Shown here: positions 36,686 through 46,564 of the stretch, in pieces
How the letters are laid out: every line of letters begins with the position of its first letter
Position numbering within the stretch: the first letter of the stretch is position 1
Assembly (NCBI GenBank): GCA_965649225.1
Contig: CBFGJX010000019.1
Span: forward strand, 1 to 54,974
Source: a candidate division WOR-3 bacterium
Lineage (GTDB): Bacteria; Hydrothermota; Tepidihabitantia; Tepidihabitantales; Tepidihabitantaceae
Length of the DNA: 54,974 bases
Direction: 5' to 3'
The notes under the pieces: generated by a model
What the model was told of the DNA's origin: nothing
The model's input: the letters and a program-made list of their open reading frames with translations, nothing else
Databases searched by the model: none
Position numbers and translations under genes: made by a program

Positions 36686-37563
36686 GCCGGAAAGTCGATC
36701 GGTCGGGTCGCAGTCGTCACGGCTTCACGGAGCAGGTCGTGCGCGTGGGGCTGCTGGCGACAGCGCTGTCAGCCGTGACGATGCTGGCAATGATCGCGCT
36801 GTTCATTGTGCGGGAGGGGGTACCGCTGCTGGCTAGGGTTGGCCTCTGGCGTTTCATCACTTCTCTGCGCTGGCAGCCGACCCGGGGCTATTTCGGGATA
36901 CTGCCGATGATTGTCGGTTCGCTGGAGGTGACAGTACTGGCAGTGATGCTGGGAGCCGTTCCGGGGCTGTCGTGCGCAATGTTTCTGGCCGAGTTCGCTC
37001 CGAAGTGGAGCGTTCGTTTTCTAAAACCGGCGATTGAACTGCTGGCCGGGATTCCATCGGTGGTTTATGGCTTCATCGGTGTTGTCGTGCTGGTGCCATG
37101 GATCAGGCGGACACTGGGCGGTCCGGGTTTTTCGGTACTGGCGTCGGCGATCATTCTTGGCATCATGATTCTGCCGACGGTAATCGCGATCGCACTCGAT
37201 GCGATCAATGCCGTGCCGGCCGATTTTAAACAGGGTTCGCTGGCGCTGGGGGCAACCCGCTGGCAAACACTGCGCCGGGTGACTCTGCCGGCCGCGCGAT
37301 CGGGGATCATCGCCGGGCTGATACTGGGGATGGGTCGGGCAGTTGGCGAGACGATGGCGGTGATTATGGTGGCGGGTAATGCGTTGACCCTGCCCGTATC
37401 GGTATTGCAGCCAGTCCGGACACTGACATCCAACATTGCGCTGGAAATGGGCTACGCGGCCGGTGACCATCAGGCAGCTCTTTTTGCCACGGGCATGGTG
37501 TTGTTTGTGATCATCATCGTTCTGAACACGATTGCGCTGGTGGCAGTGCGGCCCCGGCGGTAG
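36682..37563 (+). CDS. pstC: Phosphate ABC transporter permease
   Basis: ELLAGIPSVVYG, SLALGATRWQT and GRAVGETMAV.MV.GN motifs. Confidence 0.93.
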   Translation: MSRKVDRSGRSRHGFTEQVVRVGLLATALSAVTMLAMIALFIVREGVPLLARVGLWRFITSLRWQPTRGYFGILPMIVGSLEVTVLAVMLGAVPGLSCAMFLAEFAPKWSVRFLKPAIELLAGIPSVVYGFIGVVVLVPWIRRTLGGPGFSVLASAIILGIMILPTVIAIALDAINAVPADFKQGSLALGATRWQTLRRVTLPAARSGIIAGLILGMGRAVGETMAVIMVAGNALTLPVSVLQPVRTLTSNIALEMGYAAGDHQAALFATGMVLFVIIIVLNTIALVAVRPRR

Positions 37564-37582
37564 CCTCAGGGCTGGAGATACA

Positions 37583-38527
37583 ATGAGCCAGGGTGGCGAC
37601 AACCTCACGGATAATAGCCGGGCAGGGGTCCGAACCGACTTGCCGGAGTCAAGACCGGCAGCCGGGGTGATCAAGCCGCAGGGGTGGCGCCGGCTGGTGC
37701 CGCCGATCGTCCGCCAGCGGATTGCCTGGGTTGTGCTGGCGCTGATGACTCTGGCCACGCTGGCCGTGCTGTTCTTGATCGTCGGCTTTATTTCCGTCCG
37801 TGGCTGGCACGTCATTACCCCCGAGTTTCTGTTCGGGATGCCGGAGCGGATGGGCAAGGCAGGGGGTATCTTGCCAACGATAGTTGCGACGTTGTATTTG
37901 ACCGTGCTGGCGATAGCGGTTGCCACCCCGCTGGGGGTTGGGACTGCGGTCTATCTTTGCGAGTACACCCGCGAGTCGCCGCTGACGCGCATCATCCGGT
38001 TCGGTGCCGATGCTCTGGCAGGGGTGCCATCGATCATTTTCGGTCTCTTCGGGTTTATCCTCTTCGTTGTCCGTTTGAAAATGGGCTGGTCGATACTCGC
38101 CGGCGGGCTGACGCTGGCCTTCATGATTCTGCCGACAATTATCCGGACAAGCGAAGAAGCAATCCGGGCAGTGCCGGTGGTGTTGCGTGAAGTCAGCCTG
38201 TCGCTGGGCGCGACCCGGTCACAGACGATTGCCCGGGTTGTACTGCCCAATTCACTGCCGGGTATACTGACCGGGGTCATACTGGGAATGGGGCGCAGTG
38301 TTGCCGAGACCGCAGTGGTGATTTTCACTGCCGGCTCGTCGCTGCTGATGCCGGAAAGCGCGCTTGATTCGGCCCGGACGATGGCGGTTCATTTCTACAT
38401 TCTGGCACGCGAAGGACTGTCGATGGAGCGGGCTTACGGAACCGCGTTGCTGCTGATCGTGACGATTCTGGCAATCAACATTACCGCCTACCTGCTGATG
38501 CACCGGGTGATGCGGCGGTTGCGCTGA
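37583..38527 (+). CDS. pstA: Phosphate ABC transporter permease
   Basis: GGI.P.I, LAGVPSIIFGLFG, EEAIRAVP and R..AETA motifs. Confidence 0.93.
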   Translation: MSQGGDNLTDNSRAGVRTDLPESRPAAGVIKPQGWRRLVPPIVRQRIAWVVLALMTLATLAVLFLIVGFISVRGWHVITPEFLFGMPERMGKAGGILPTIVATLYLTVLAIAVATPLGVGTAVYLCEYTRESPLTRIIRFGADALAGVPSIIFGLFGFILFVVRLKMGWSILAGGLTLAFMILPTIIRTSEEAIRAVPVVLREVSLSLGATRSQTIARVVLPNSLPGILTGVILGMGRSVAETAVVIFTAGSSLLMPESALDSARTMAVHFYILAREGLSMERAYGTALLLIVTILAINITAYLLMHRVMRRLR

Positions 38528-38533
38528 GTCGAC

Positions 38534-39310
38534 ATGGTAACCCCTACCGTCGAACGGGAAAGTGACGGCAACGTCATTGCCATCCGGGAACTCTCAGCGT
38601 ACTACCGGGACCAGCGGGTTCTGACGAAAGTCAGTCTGGACATCCGCAGGGGAGAGATACTGGGAGTGATTGGCCCGGCCCATTCGGGCAAAACCACTCT
38701 GCTGCGGACAGTCAATCGCATGGCGGAGCTGGACTCTGATTTTCACCGGGAGGGAGAAGTCAGATTCCTCGACTGTGAGGTCAGCCGCTGGGATACTGAT
38801 ACCCTGCGGCGGCGGGTCGGCTTCATTTTCGCAACGCCGGTGCCACTGCCCGGGACGATTTTCGACAATGTCGCGTACGGCCCAAGGCTGAAGAGCCGGC
38901 GACCGCATCGGCTTGCCGATACGGTCGAGCGGTGTCTGCGGGCCGCGTCACTGTGGGATGAGGTCAAGGACCGGCTGCACACTTCGGCCCTGCGGCTGTC
39001 CGGCGGCCAGCAGCAGCGGCTGTGCATCGCGCGAACGCTGGCGGTTGACCCGGATGTCGTCCTGATGGACGAACCGTGTTCGGGGCTGGATCCGATTTCG
39101 ACAGCCCAGATCGAAAAGGCAATGCGGGAGCTGGCTGGCCGCTACACCTTCGTGCTGGTAACCAATAACACCAAACAGGCAGCGCGGGTTGCCGATCGGG
39201 TGGCCTATTTTCTGTCGGGTGAGCTGGTTGAGCTCGCTCCAAGTGCCGAACTTTTCACTCGGCCGCGCGACCGCCGTACCGAAGATTATCTGTCGGGGAA
39301 GATCGGGTGA
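38534..39310 (+). CDS. pstB: Phosphate ABC transporter ATPase (degenerate Walker A, Q-loop and H-loop)
   Basis: [32 protein letters not shown] and VTNN. Confidence 0.88.
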   Translation: MVTPTVERESDGNVIAIRELSAYYRDQRVLTKVSLDIRRGEILGVIGPAHSGKTTLLRTVNRMAELDSDFHREGEVRFLDCEVSRWDTDTLRRRVGFIFATPVPLPGTIFDNVAYGPRLKSRRPHRLADTVERCLRAASLWDEVKDRLHTSALRLSGGQQQRLCIARTLAVDPDVVLMDEPCSGLDPISTAQIEKAMRELAGRYTFVLVTNNTKQAARVADRVAYFLSGELVELAPSAELFTRPRDRRTEDYLSGKIG

Positions 39311-40059
39311 GCACCGCCAAGTTTGAAGCCTGTGGCTTGAACGTCTTTTATGGCGATTTTCACGCGGTCAAGGATGTCAGCATTGCCTTTCCTGCTCGTG
39401 CCATTACTGCCATCATCGGCCCTTCCGGCTGTGGCAAGTCAACGATGCTTCGGAGCTTCAACCGAATGAACGAGCTGGTCGATGGCGCCCGGATTCGCGG
39501 CCGGATGTTGCTCGACGGGACGGATATCTATCGGTTGAGCGTGCTGGAACTGCGCAAGCGGGTCGGGATGGTTTTTCAGCGGCCGAACGCTTTCCCGTTG
39601 TCGATTTACGACAACGTCGCCTACGGTCCCCGCTGCCATGGCGAGACCCGGCGCGACGAGTTGCAGGCTACGGTCGAACGGTGTCTGCGGGCGGTCCGGC
39701 TGTGGGATGAACTGCACGACCGGCTTGATCAGATTGCTACCAGCCTGACCGATGAACAGCGCCAGAGGCTGTGCATTGCCCGGATGCTGGCAGTGCGACC
39801 GGAGGTGCTGTTGATGGATGAACCGTGCTCGGCACTGGATCCGATTGCCACACTGCATATTGAAGATTTGATGCGGACGCTGGCGCGGGAATACACGATC
39901 GTGATCGTGACCCACAACATGCAGCAGGCGGCCAGAGTTTCAGATTACACCGGGTTCATGCTGTTGGGCAGGCTGGTCGAATTCGGCCGCACGGCCGAGA
40001 TTTTCACTCGACCCAAACAAATCGAGACCGAGAACTACATTTCGGGCCGGTTTGGTTAG
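39307..40059 (+). CDS. pstB: Phosphate ABC transporter ATPase (degenerate signature motif)
   Basis: [48 protein letters not shown] and YISGRFG. Confidence 0.92.
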   Translation: MSTAKFEACGLNVFYGDFHAVKDVSIAFPARAITAIIGPSGCGKSTMLRSFNRMNELVDGARIRGRMLLDGTDIYRLSVLELRKRVGMVFQRPNAFPLSIYDNVAYGPRCHGETRRDELQATVERCLRAVRLWDELHDRLDQIATSLTDEQRQRLCIARMLAVRPEVLLMDEPCSALDPIATLHIEDLMRTLAREYTIVIVTHNMQQAARVSDYTGFMLLGRLVEFGRTAEIFTRPKQIETENYISGRFG

Positions 40060-40061
40060 CG

Positions 40062-41045
40062 TCAGTCGCGGTCCGCGCTGTCGCGCTGCAGTCGCCGCCG
40101 GGCCGCCTGGTGTTCAGACCACGTTGCAGAGAAAACGTGGCTGCCGTCACCTCGACTGAAGAAATAGAGAAAGTCGGTCTCGGCCGGGCGGAAAACCGCT
40201 GCCAGCGCCCGGCGGCCCGGGTTGGCTATCGGGCCGGGTGGCAGACCGGGGTGGAGGTAGGTATTGTACGGTGAGTCAAGCCGCGTGTCTTCGATGCTGA
40301 GCACGGGTTTGCGGACGGGCAGGACGTATTCAATCGTGGCGCAGGACTGGAGGGGCATGCCCTTTTTCAGCCGGTTGACGAACACCGAGGCGATGAGTGG
40401 AAATTCGTCCGGCCGGGCAGCCTCGCGTTCAACTATCGAGGCAAGTGTGAGGACGGACAGTGGTGGCAACCGGGCCGAATCGAGTCCGGCGAGTTCGGCC
40501 CAGGCGCGCTTCAATTCGCCAGTCATCTGCCGGATGATTGCGGCAGGGTCGGTGTCAAGGGTGAAGTCGTAGGTCTCCGGATAAAGGTAGCCCTCGGCAC
40601 TCGGGCCTTCGATGTCGAGTTCGTGCAGCAGTTCGGGCTGGACACAGGCGGCAAGGAACTCCGCTGCCGGACAGATGCCGCGGCGGTCAAGTTCAGCGGC
40701 GATCTGCTGCATCGTCCAGCCTTCAGGGATGGTGATCATCATCGAGGTCGTCCCGCCCCGGGTGAGTGCAAGCAAGACGGTAAGCTCTTCAGTGCGCGGC
40801 CGGAAGCGGTAGAGACCGGAGCGCAGCCGGCCCTGCCGGCCGGTCAGACGGGCGAGGATGCGGAACTCAAGCGGGCTTCGGATTATTCCCTGCGCCTTCA
40901 GGCTTTCCGCGATCGCGCGGGTGGACTGACCGGGCCGGATACGAATTTCGATGGCGTCTTCATCGGGACCGGGCAACTGAACGCTGGCACAGGCGATGAC
41001 CAGAAGTGCAAAAAAAGTGGTGAGCGAGCGCCAATGCAGCGTCAT
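40062..41045 (-). CDS. mltG: Endolytic transglycosylase
   Basis: TIPEG, EGYLYPETY, LASIVERE, SPYNTY..PGLPPGPIANPG and FLYF motifs. Confidence 0.93.
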   Translation of the reverse strand: MTLHWRSLTTFFALLVIACASVQLPGPDEDAIEIRIRPGQSTRAIAESLKAQGIIRSPLEFRILARLTGRQGRLRSGLYRFRPRTEELTVLLALTRGGTTSMMITIPEGWTMQQIAAELDRRGICPAAEFLAACVQPELLHELDIEGPSAEGYLYPETYDFTLDTDPAAIIRQMTGELKRAWAELAGLDSARLPPLSVLTLASIVEREAARPDEFPLIASVFVNRLKKGMPLQSCATIEYVLPVRKPVLSIEDTRLDSPYNTYLHPGLPPGPIANPGRRALAAVFRPAETDFLYFFSRGDGSHVFSATWSEHQAARRRLQRDSADRD

Positions 41046-41518
41046 TCTTCAACTGAGTCCGGGGCCGGGCGGTTTTTCAGAAAATCCTGCAATATCAGCA
41101 CGGCCGCGATACGGTCGAGCGACTGCTTTTTGCGTTTCACGCCGGGTACGTGTCGCGGTGGTCTGCCGCGGCGGGGAACCGGGTCGCCGTAGACCTCGTC
41201 GAGTATCGCCTGTGCGCGCAAGGTTGAGTAGCGTTCGTCGCAGTAGTGGACGGGCAGCTTGAACACGCGCGCCAGCCGTGACCCGAAGGCGGTGACCTGG
41301 GTTGAACGTTGCGACGGCCGACCCGACTGTGACAGCGGCAGACCGAGCACGATCTCGTCAATCTCCTGTTCGGTGACGATCAGCTTGAGTTGGTTGATCA
41401 GCATTGTCTCGTCACGGTGTTCGATGGTCGCCAGCGCCGATGCGATGGTCCGGGTCGGGTCGGATATTGCCAGCCCGGTCCGGCGCAGCCCGTAGTCGAT
41501 GCAGAGAATCCGACCCAT
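41042..41518 (-). CDS. ruvX: Pre-16S rRNA nuclease YqgF/RuvX
   Basis: IDYG.RR.G.AISD, GLP, DERYST and D..AA..ILQ motifs. Confidence 0.92.
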   Translation of the reverse strand: MGRILCIDYGLRRTGLAISDPTRTIASALATIEHRDETMLINQLKLIVTEQEIDEIVLGLPLSQSGRPSQRSTQVTAFGSRLARVFKLPVHYCDERYSTLRAQAILDEVYGDPVPRRGRPPRHVPGVKRKKQSLDRIAAVLILQDFLKNRPAPDSVEE

Positions 41519-41602
41519 ACCAGTCAGTTTAGACTGCGCTCGCGGCGTGTAAAGCGGGCCGGCGATTTGACTTGGCAGGGCGGGCGGATATAGTTTGCGC
41601 CA

Positions 41603-43078
41603 ATGACTGATTCTTCACAATCCGAACCGGTCCAGCAGAGTGGTAACGACCGGGAAATCCGGCTCGGCAAACTCGCCAAATTACGCGCGGCAGGGATTGG
41701 CACGTACCCGGCATCGTGGTCCCGTACGCATTCCGCGGCGCAGGCAATAGAACAGTTTGAGACGCTGTCGGCAGCCGGCACGGAAGTGCGCGTCGCCGGC
41801 CGGTTGATGTCGCGCCGTGAACACGGCAAGACCCAGTTTGGCCACATTCAGGACGGCACTGGTCGCATCCAGCTCTACCTGCGGCGGGATACACTGGGTG
41901 CCGAGGCGTTTGAACGGCTGGACCTGCTGGATATTGGCGATTTTGTCGGAGCGCGGGGGACGCTGTTTCGTACCAGGACCGGCGAGATGACCGTGCAGGT
42001 GCAGGAGCTGGTGCTGCTGGCGAAATCGCTGCGGCCGCTGCCGGAAAAATTCCATGGTTTGAAGGACGTGGAGACGCGCTACCGTCAGCGGTATGTCGAC
42101 CTGCTGGTCAACGCCGATGCCCGTCGGGTGCTGCTTGAGCGGACGAGAATCGTCAGGCTGATCCGGCAGTTTCTGGATGAGCGCGGATTTATTGAGGTCG
42201 AGACGCCGACCCTGCAACCGGTCTATGGTGGTGCGGCGGCAAGGCCGTTTGAGACTTTTTACAACGTGCTGGAACAGAAGATGTTCCTGCGAATCTCGGA
42301 CGAGCTGTATCTGAAACGGCTGATTGTCGGCGGACTGGACAAAGTGTATGAGATCGGCAAAGACTTCCGCAACGAGGGGTTGGACCGGACCCACAATCCC
42401 GAGTTCACTCAGATGGAGCTGTACTGGGCCTACGCCGATTATCACGACGTCATGACACTGGTCGAGGAGCTGTTCCGCTTTCTGGCGCTGGAGCTGCGTG
42501 GCACGACCGAAGTCGAGTTCGGCGGACACCGGGTTGACCTCGGACGCTGGCGCCGGCTGAAGTTCGTTGACGCACTGGCGGAGCGGATTGAAGCCGACCC
42601 GCTGCGGCTGTCAATCACAATGCTGAAAAAGGTCGCGGCCCGTTTCGGTGTACAGTTCGCCGACGACATTTCCCACTCCAAGCTGCTGGACAAGCTTTTT
42701 TCCGAACTGATTCAGGACCACATAATTGACCCGACATTTGTGATGGATCACCCGAAGATAACGACACCGCTGGCCAAGACCCATCGGGACAACCCCGAAC
42801 TGGTGGAGCGGTTTGAACCGGTGGTTTGCGGCATGGAACTGGGCAATGCCTTCTCGGAGTTGAATGACCCGCTGGAACAGCGGGCGCGGTTCGAGGAGAC
42901 GGTCCGGGCCAACGAGGAGTACGCGACGGTGGACGAAGACTACTGTACGGCGCTGGAGTACGGGATGCCGCCGACCGGTGGGTTGGGAATCGGCATCGAC
43001 CGGCTGGCGATGCTTTTGACCGGTAGCCCATCAATCCGGGACGTCATTCTGTTTCCGCAACTCAGACCGGTCGAGTAG
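41603..43078 (+). CDS. lysS: Lysine--tRNA ligase (class II)
   Basis: RYRQRYVDL, GGAAARPF.T, FRNEG...HNPEF and EYGMPPTGGLGIGIDR motifs. Confidence 0.97.
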   Translation: MTDSSQSEPVQQSGNDREIRLGKLAKLRAAGIGTYPASWSRTHSAAQAIEQFETLSAAGTEVRVAGRLMSRREHGKTQFGHIQDGTGRIQLYLRRDTLGAEAFERLDLLDIGDFVGARGTLFRTRTGEMTVQVQELVLLAKSLRPLPEKFHGLKDVETRYRQRYVDLLVNADARRVLLERTRIVRLIRQFLDERGFIEVETPTLQPVYGGAAARPFETFYNVLEQKMFLRISDELYLKRLIVGGLDKVYEIGKDFRNEGLDRTHNPEFTQMELYWAYADYHDVMTLVEELFRFLALELRGTTEVEFGGHRVDLGRWRRLKFVDALAERIEADPLRLSITMLKKVAARFGVQFADDISHSKLLDKLFSELIQDHIIDPTFVMDHPKITTPLAKTHRDNPELVERFEPVVCGMELGNAFSELNDPLEQRARFEETVRANEEYATVDEDYCTALEYGMPPTGGLGIGIDRLAMLLTGSPSIRDVILFPQLRPVE

Positions 43079-44299
43079 ATGCAATTCGAATTGTTCATGG
43101 CCTGGCGCTATCTGCGCGGGCGCAGCCAGCGGGTGGTGTCTGGACTTTCGGCAATTGCGATCGGCGGGGTGTTCGTCGGCGTAGCGGCAATTATCATCGT
43201 CCTGTCGGTCGAGAACGGTTTTCACAAAGAACTGCGGGACCGAATACTGGGTTCGACTCCGCATATAGTGGTCACCCAGTACTCCTACGCCGCGTTCCGC
43301 TACGGTGGTCTCGGCGACAGCCTCGAGGCCCGGCTGGCGGCGATGCCCGGTGTGCAGAGCGTAGCGCCGTTTGCCTATGCCAAGACGCTGGTGCGTACCG
43401 ACAACGGTGTCGAGGGAGTGGTAATCCGCGGTGTTGACCCCGGCCGGGAGCTGGCGGTAACCGACATCGCCAGCAGTATCGTCGAGGGCGAGTTCCGTTT
43501 CGACTCGTCGGGCGTGGTGCTGGGTATCGAGCTGGCGCGAATGCTGGGTGTTTCGGTCGGCGACCAGCTGACGCTTGCCTCGCCGTTTGGCGGCACGGCG
43601 ACGCCGCTCGGTTTTTATCCCCGCACGCGCAGCTTCCGGGTCAATGGCATTTTTGACGCCGGGATGTACGAATACAACGCCTCCTTTGTCTATTTGTCAC
43701 TGAGCGAAATTCAGCGATTTTTGGGAATGCCGGGAATGATTTCCGGTTTTGAAGTCCGGGTGCGCGACGTCTACTCTGCGGCTCGGATTTCGCGGCGAAT
43801 CAATGCCGAGCTGGGCTATCCTTACCGGGCGACCGACTGGGTGGCGCAGAACCGTAACCTCTTTACGGCATTGAAACTGGAAAAAGTGGTCACCTTCATC
43901 GTGCTGGTGCTGATTGTGCTGGTAGCGGCGTTCAACATTGTCGGGATGCTGACGATGATGGTAATCCGCAAGACGCGCGAGATTGGGATTCTGAAAGCAA
44001 TCGGCTGTGCGCCGACAACGGTGACCCGAATCTTCGTCCTGACCGGTGGTATCATCGGCGGGGCGGGAACGGTGTTGGGGGCGGCTTTCGGCTTCCTCAC
44101 GTCCTGGCTGCTGAACAAGTACCGGCTGGTTACCCTGCCCGGCGATGTCTATTTCGTCAAGAATCTGCCGGTCGAGATGATGTGGACCGATTTTGTCGCC
44201 GTCTGCGGTGCGGCACTGGTGATTTCGCTGCTGGCGACAATCTATCCGGCGTGGCGCGCGGCACGACTTGAGCCGGTTGAGGCAATAAGATATGAATGA
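43079..44299 (+). CDS. LolC/E-type lipoprotein-releasing ABC permease
   Basis: IIVLSV.NGF, VAAFNI...L.M.V..K.REI.ILK and YPA.RAA...P.EA.RYE motifs. Confidence 0.9.
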   Translation: MQFELFMAWRYLRGRSQRVVSGLSAIAIGGVFVGVAAIIIVLSVENGFHKELRDRILGSTPHIVVTQYSYAAFRYGGLGDSLEARLAAMPGVQSVAPFAYAKTLVRTDNGVEGVVIRGVDPGRELAVTDIASSIVEGEFRFDSSGVVLGIELARMLGVSVGDQLTLASPFGGTATPLGFYPRTRSFRVNGIFDAGMYEYNASFVYLSLSEIQRFLGMPGMISGFEVRVRDVYSAARISRRINAELGYPYRATDWVAQNRNLFTALKLEKVVTFIVLVLIVLVAAFNIVGMLTMMVIRKTREIGILKAIGCAPTTVTRIFVLTGGIIGGAGTVLGAAFGFLTSWLLNKYRLVTLPGDVYFVKNLPVEMMWTDFVAVCGAALVISLLATIYPAWRAARLEPVEAIRYE

Positions 44300-45020
44300 G
44301 TCAGAGTCGCGGACCGGTGGTGCGGAGCCGGTGGGCAGTGAATACGTGCTCGTGGGCGAGGATTTGTGGCGCGTATTCGAGAGCGGTCCCGAGCGACTGG
44401 AAGTTCTGCGTGGGGTGAATATTGCCGTCCGGCGCGGTGAACTGGTGGCGATTGTCGGGCCGTCGGGTACCGGCAAGTCGACGCTGCTGCACATCCTGGG
44501 CGGCCTCGATCGTCCGACGCGCGGCCGGGTGTTGCTTGATTCTATTGACATTTTCGGGTATCCTGATAGTCGGTTGCCGGCTCTGCGCAACCGGAGAGTC
44601 GGATTTGTGTTTCAATTTCATCACCTGCTGGCCGAGTTCACAGTTCTGGAGAACGTGGCGATGCCACTGCTGGTTGGCGGGGTACAAAGGCCAGCGGCGC
44701 TGGAGCGGGCGAACTTCGCTCTGCAGCTGGTTGGTTTTGTCAGCCGGCACCGGCACCGGCCGGCCGAGCTGTCGGGCGGAGAGAAGGCGCGGGTGGCTCT
44801 GGCGCGAGCGCTGGTGACCGGACCGGCGGTGGTCCTGGCCGACGAACCGACCGGCAATCTTGATGTCGCTTCGGGAGCTCAGATGGTAGAACTCTTTGCC
44901 CGGCTGAGTGCCGAGCAGCAGTTGACCAGCGTCATCGTTACCCACAATCCGGCGGTTGCGGCCCGCGCCACCCGTCGTCTGCGGCTGGCAGAAGGGAAGC
45001 TTGTCGATGAAGCAGTGTGA
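44292..45020 (+). CDS. lolD: Lipoprotein-releasing ABC ATPase
   Basis: GPSGTGKSTLLH, GFVFQFHHLL.EF, LSGGE and ADEPTGNLD motifs. Confidence 0.9.
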   Translation: MNESESRTGGAEPVGSEYVLVGEDLWRVFESGPERLEVLRGVNIAVRRGELVAIVGPSGTGKSTLLHILGGLDRPTRGRVLLDSIDIFGYPDSRLPALRNRRVGFVFQFHHLLAEFTVLENVAMPLLVGGVQRPAALERANFALQLVGFVSRHRHRPAELSGGEKARVALARALVTGPAVVLADEPTGNLDVASGAQMVELFARLSAEQQLTSVIVTHNPAVAARATRRLRLAEGKLVDEAV

Positions 45021-45504
45021 CATTTGTGGCCGTAACGACGCGGTGCTGAAGGTGCGACAGCTGGCCAAGGACGGCACGGCCAGTGAGCTGGAGGTGTGTG
45101 CCGAATGTGCCCGGGCACGCGGGCTGACCGACAGCGCAACCCTGCGTTCGGACGCCGCGGCGGTGATGGCGGAACTGCGCGGTCAGGTTGACGAGGCCGA
45201 CAGCGCGTCGGTGTGTCCGGCATGCGGTCTGACTTACGCCGATTTCAAACGCCGGGGACAGCTGGGCTGTGCCGAATGCTATGCCGCTTTCCGCGAGCGG
45301 CTGATGCCGCTGGTGCGGCGACTGCACGGTGCGGTGCAGCATATCGGTCGGACTCCGAGCGCCGGCCGCAAGCAGGCGCAGCAGCGAATGGCACTGCTGG
45401 CACTGCAGGATGAGCTGGCGGAAGCGGTGAACAGCGAAGACTACGAACGGGCGGCAGCCCTGCGTGACCGCTTGCGCCGGGCAGAGCATGAAACCGGCGA
45501 CTGA
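45007..45504 (+). CDS. mcsA: McsA (CxxC + UVR domain) protein-arginine kinase activator
   Basis: Four CxxC motifs, GC..CY..F and EDYERAA.LRD. Confidence 0.9.
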   Translation: MKQCDICGRNDAVLKVRQLAKDGTASELEVCAECARARGLTDSATLRSDAAAVMAELRGQVDEADSASVCPACGLTYADFKRRGQLGCAECYAAFRERLMPLVRRLHGAVQHIGRTPSAGRKQAQQRMALLALQDELAEAVNSEDYERAAALRDRLRRAEHETGD

Positions 45505-46522
45505 GGTCGGCAACTGGCTGGACGGGTCGGGACCGGATTCCGACGTTGTCGTTTCGACCCGGGTGCGACTGGCGCGGAATCTGACCGACGTACCTTTTAC
45601 CAATCGCGCCGACCGGCGCAGTCAGGAGCGGGTGGTTGATGCGGTCCGCTGGGCACTGACAACCGTCGGGCCGGCGGGCAGCTTCGTTGATGACGAGATG
45701 CTGACGCCGCAGCGCTGCAGCTACTTCGTCGAACGACATCTGGCTTCACCCGATTTTTGCCAATCTTCGGCCTGCCGCGGGTTGTGGGTGTCTGAAGAGG
45801 AGTCGTTGAGCCTGATGGTCAACGAAGAAGACCACCTGCGATTCGGGGCTCTGGCGTCGGGACTGGACTTCCCGGCGGCTTTCGGCGCGGCAGCGCTGCT
45901 GGACGAGCGGCTGGAACGTGAGCTGCAGTATGCGTTTTCGCCGGCGTACGGCTTTCTGACTGCCTGCCCGTCCAATCTGGGCACGGCGATGCGGGCATCG
46001 GTGCTGGTTCATCTGCCGGCACTGGTGCTGACACGGGAGATTGAACGGGTACTGCGCGGGGCAACCGAGGTCGGACTGGTTGTCCGCGGCCTGCACGGTG
46101 AAGGCACCGAGACCCGGGGTAACTTTTTCCAGATTTCCAACCGCCGGACAGTGGGCGTCACGGAAAGCGAATTGATTGAAACGGTCAGCACCGCCGCCCG
46201 GGAGATAGTCAATCATGAGCGCCGGGCGCGAGAATACCTGATGCACAATGTCCGGATCGATATTGAAGACAAGGTGTTCCGGTCGCTGGCGCTGCTGCGC
46301 GGGGCGCGGGTGCTGACATCGGACGAGGCGGTGAACCTGCTGGCGACAGTGCGCATCGGCGTTGCGCTTGGGATCATCAACGAGCTGACACTGGGCACGG
46401 TGATGCGGTTGCTGGTGCTGGTGCGACCGGCGAACCTGCAGGCGGTGCTGGGCGAGACACTGACAGCGGTGGAGCGTGATGAACGGCGGGCAACATTCGT
46501 TCGTGAACAGCTCTGCAACTGA
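45488..46522 (+). CDS. mcsB: Protein arginine kinase
   Basis: STRVRLARN, NEEDHLR, LTACPSNLGTAMRASV..HLP and FQISN motifs. Confidence 0.93.
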   Translation: MKPATEVGNWLDGSGPDSDVVVSTRVRLARNLTDVPFTNRADRRSQERVVDAVRWALTTVGPAGSFVDDEMLTPQRCSYFVERHLASPDFCQSSACRGLWVSEEESLSLMVNEEDHLRFGALASGLDFPAAFGAAALLDERLERELQYAFSPAYGFLTACPSNLGTAMRASVLVHLPALVLTREIERVLRGATEVGLVVRGLHGEGTETRGNFFQISNRRTVGVTESELIETVSTAAREIVNHERRAREYLMHNVRIDIEDKVFRSLALLRGARVLTSDEAVNLLATVRIGVALGIINELTLGTVMRLLVLVRPANLQAVLGETLTAVERDERRATFVREQLCN

Positions 46523-46564
46523 GCGGCCGGCAGGCGAGGGCTGATTGCGGGCCGGGAGATAACG

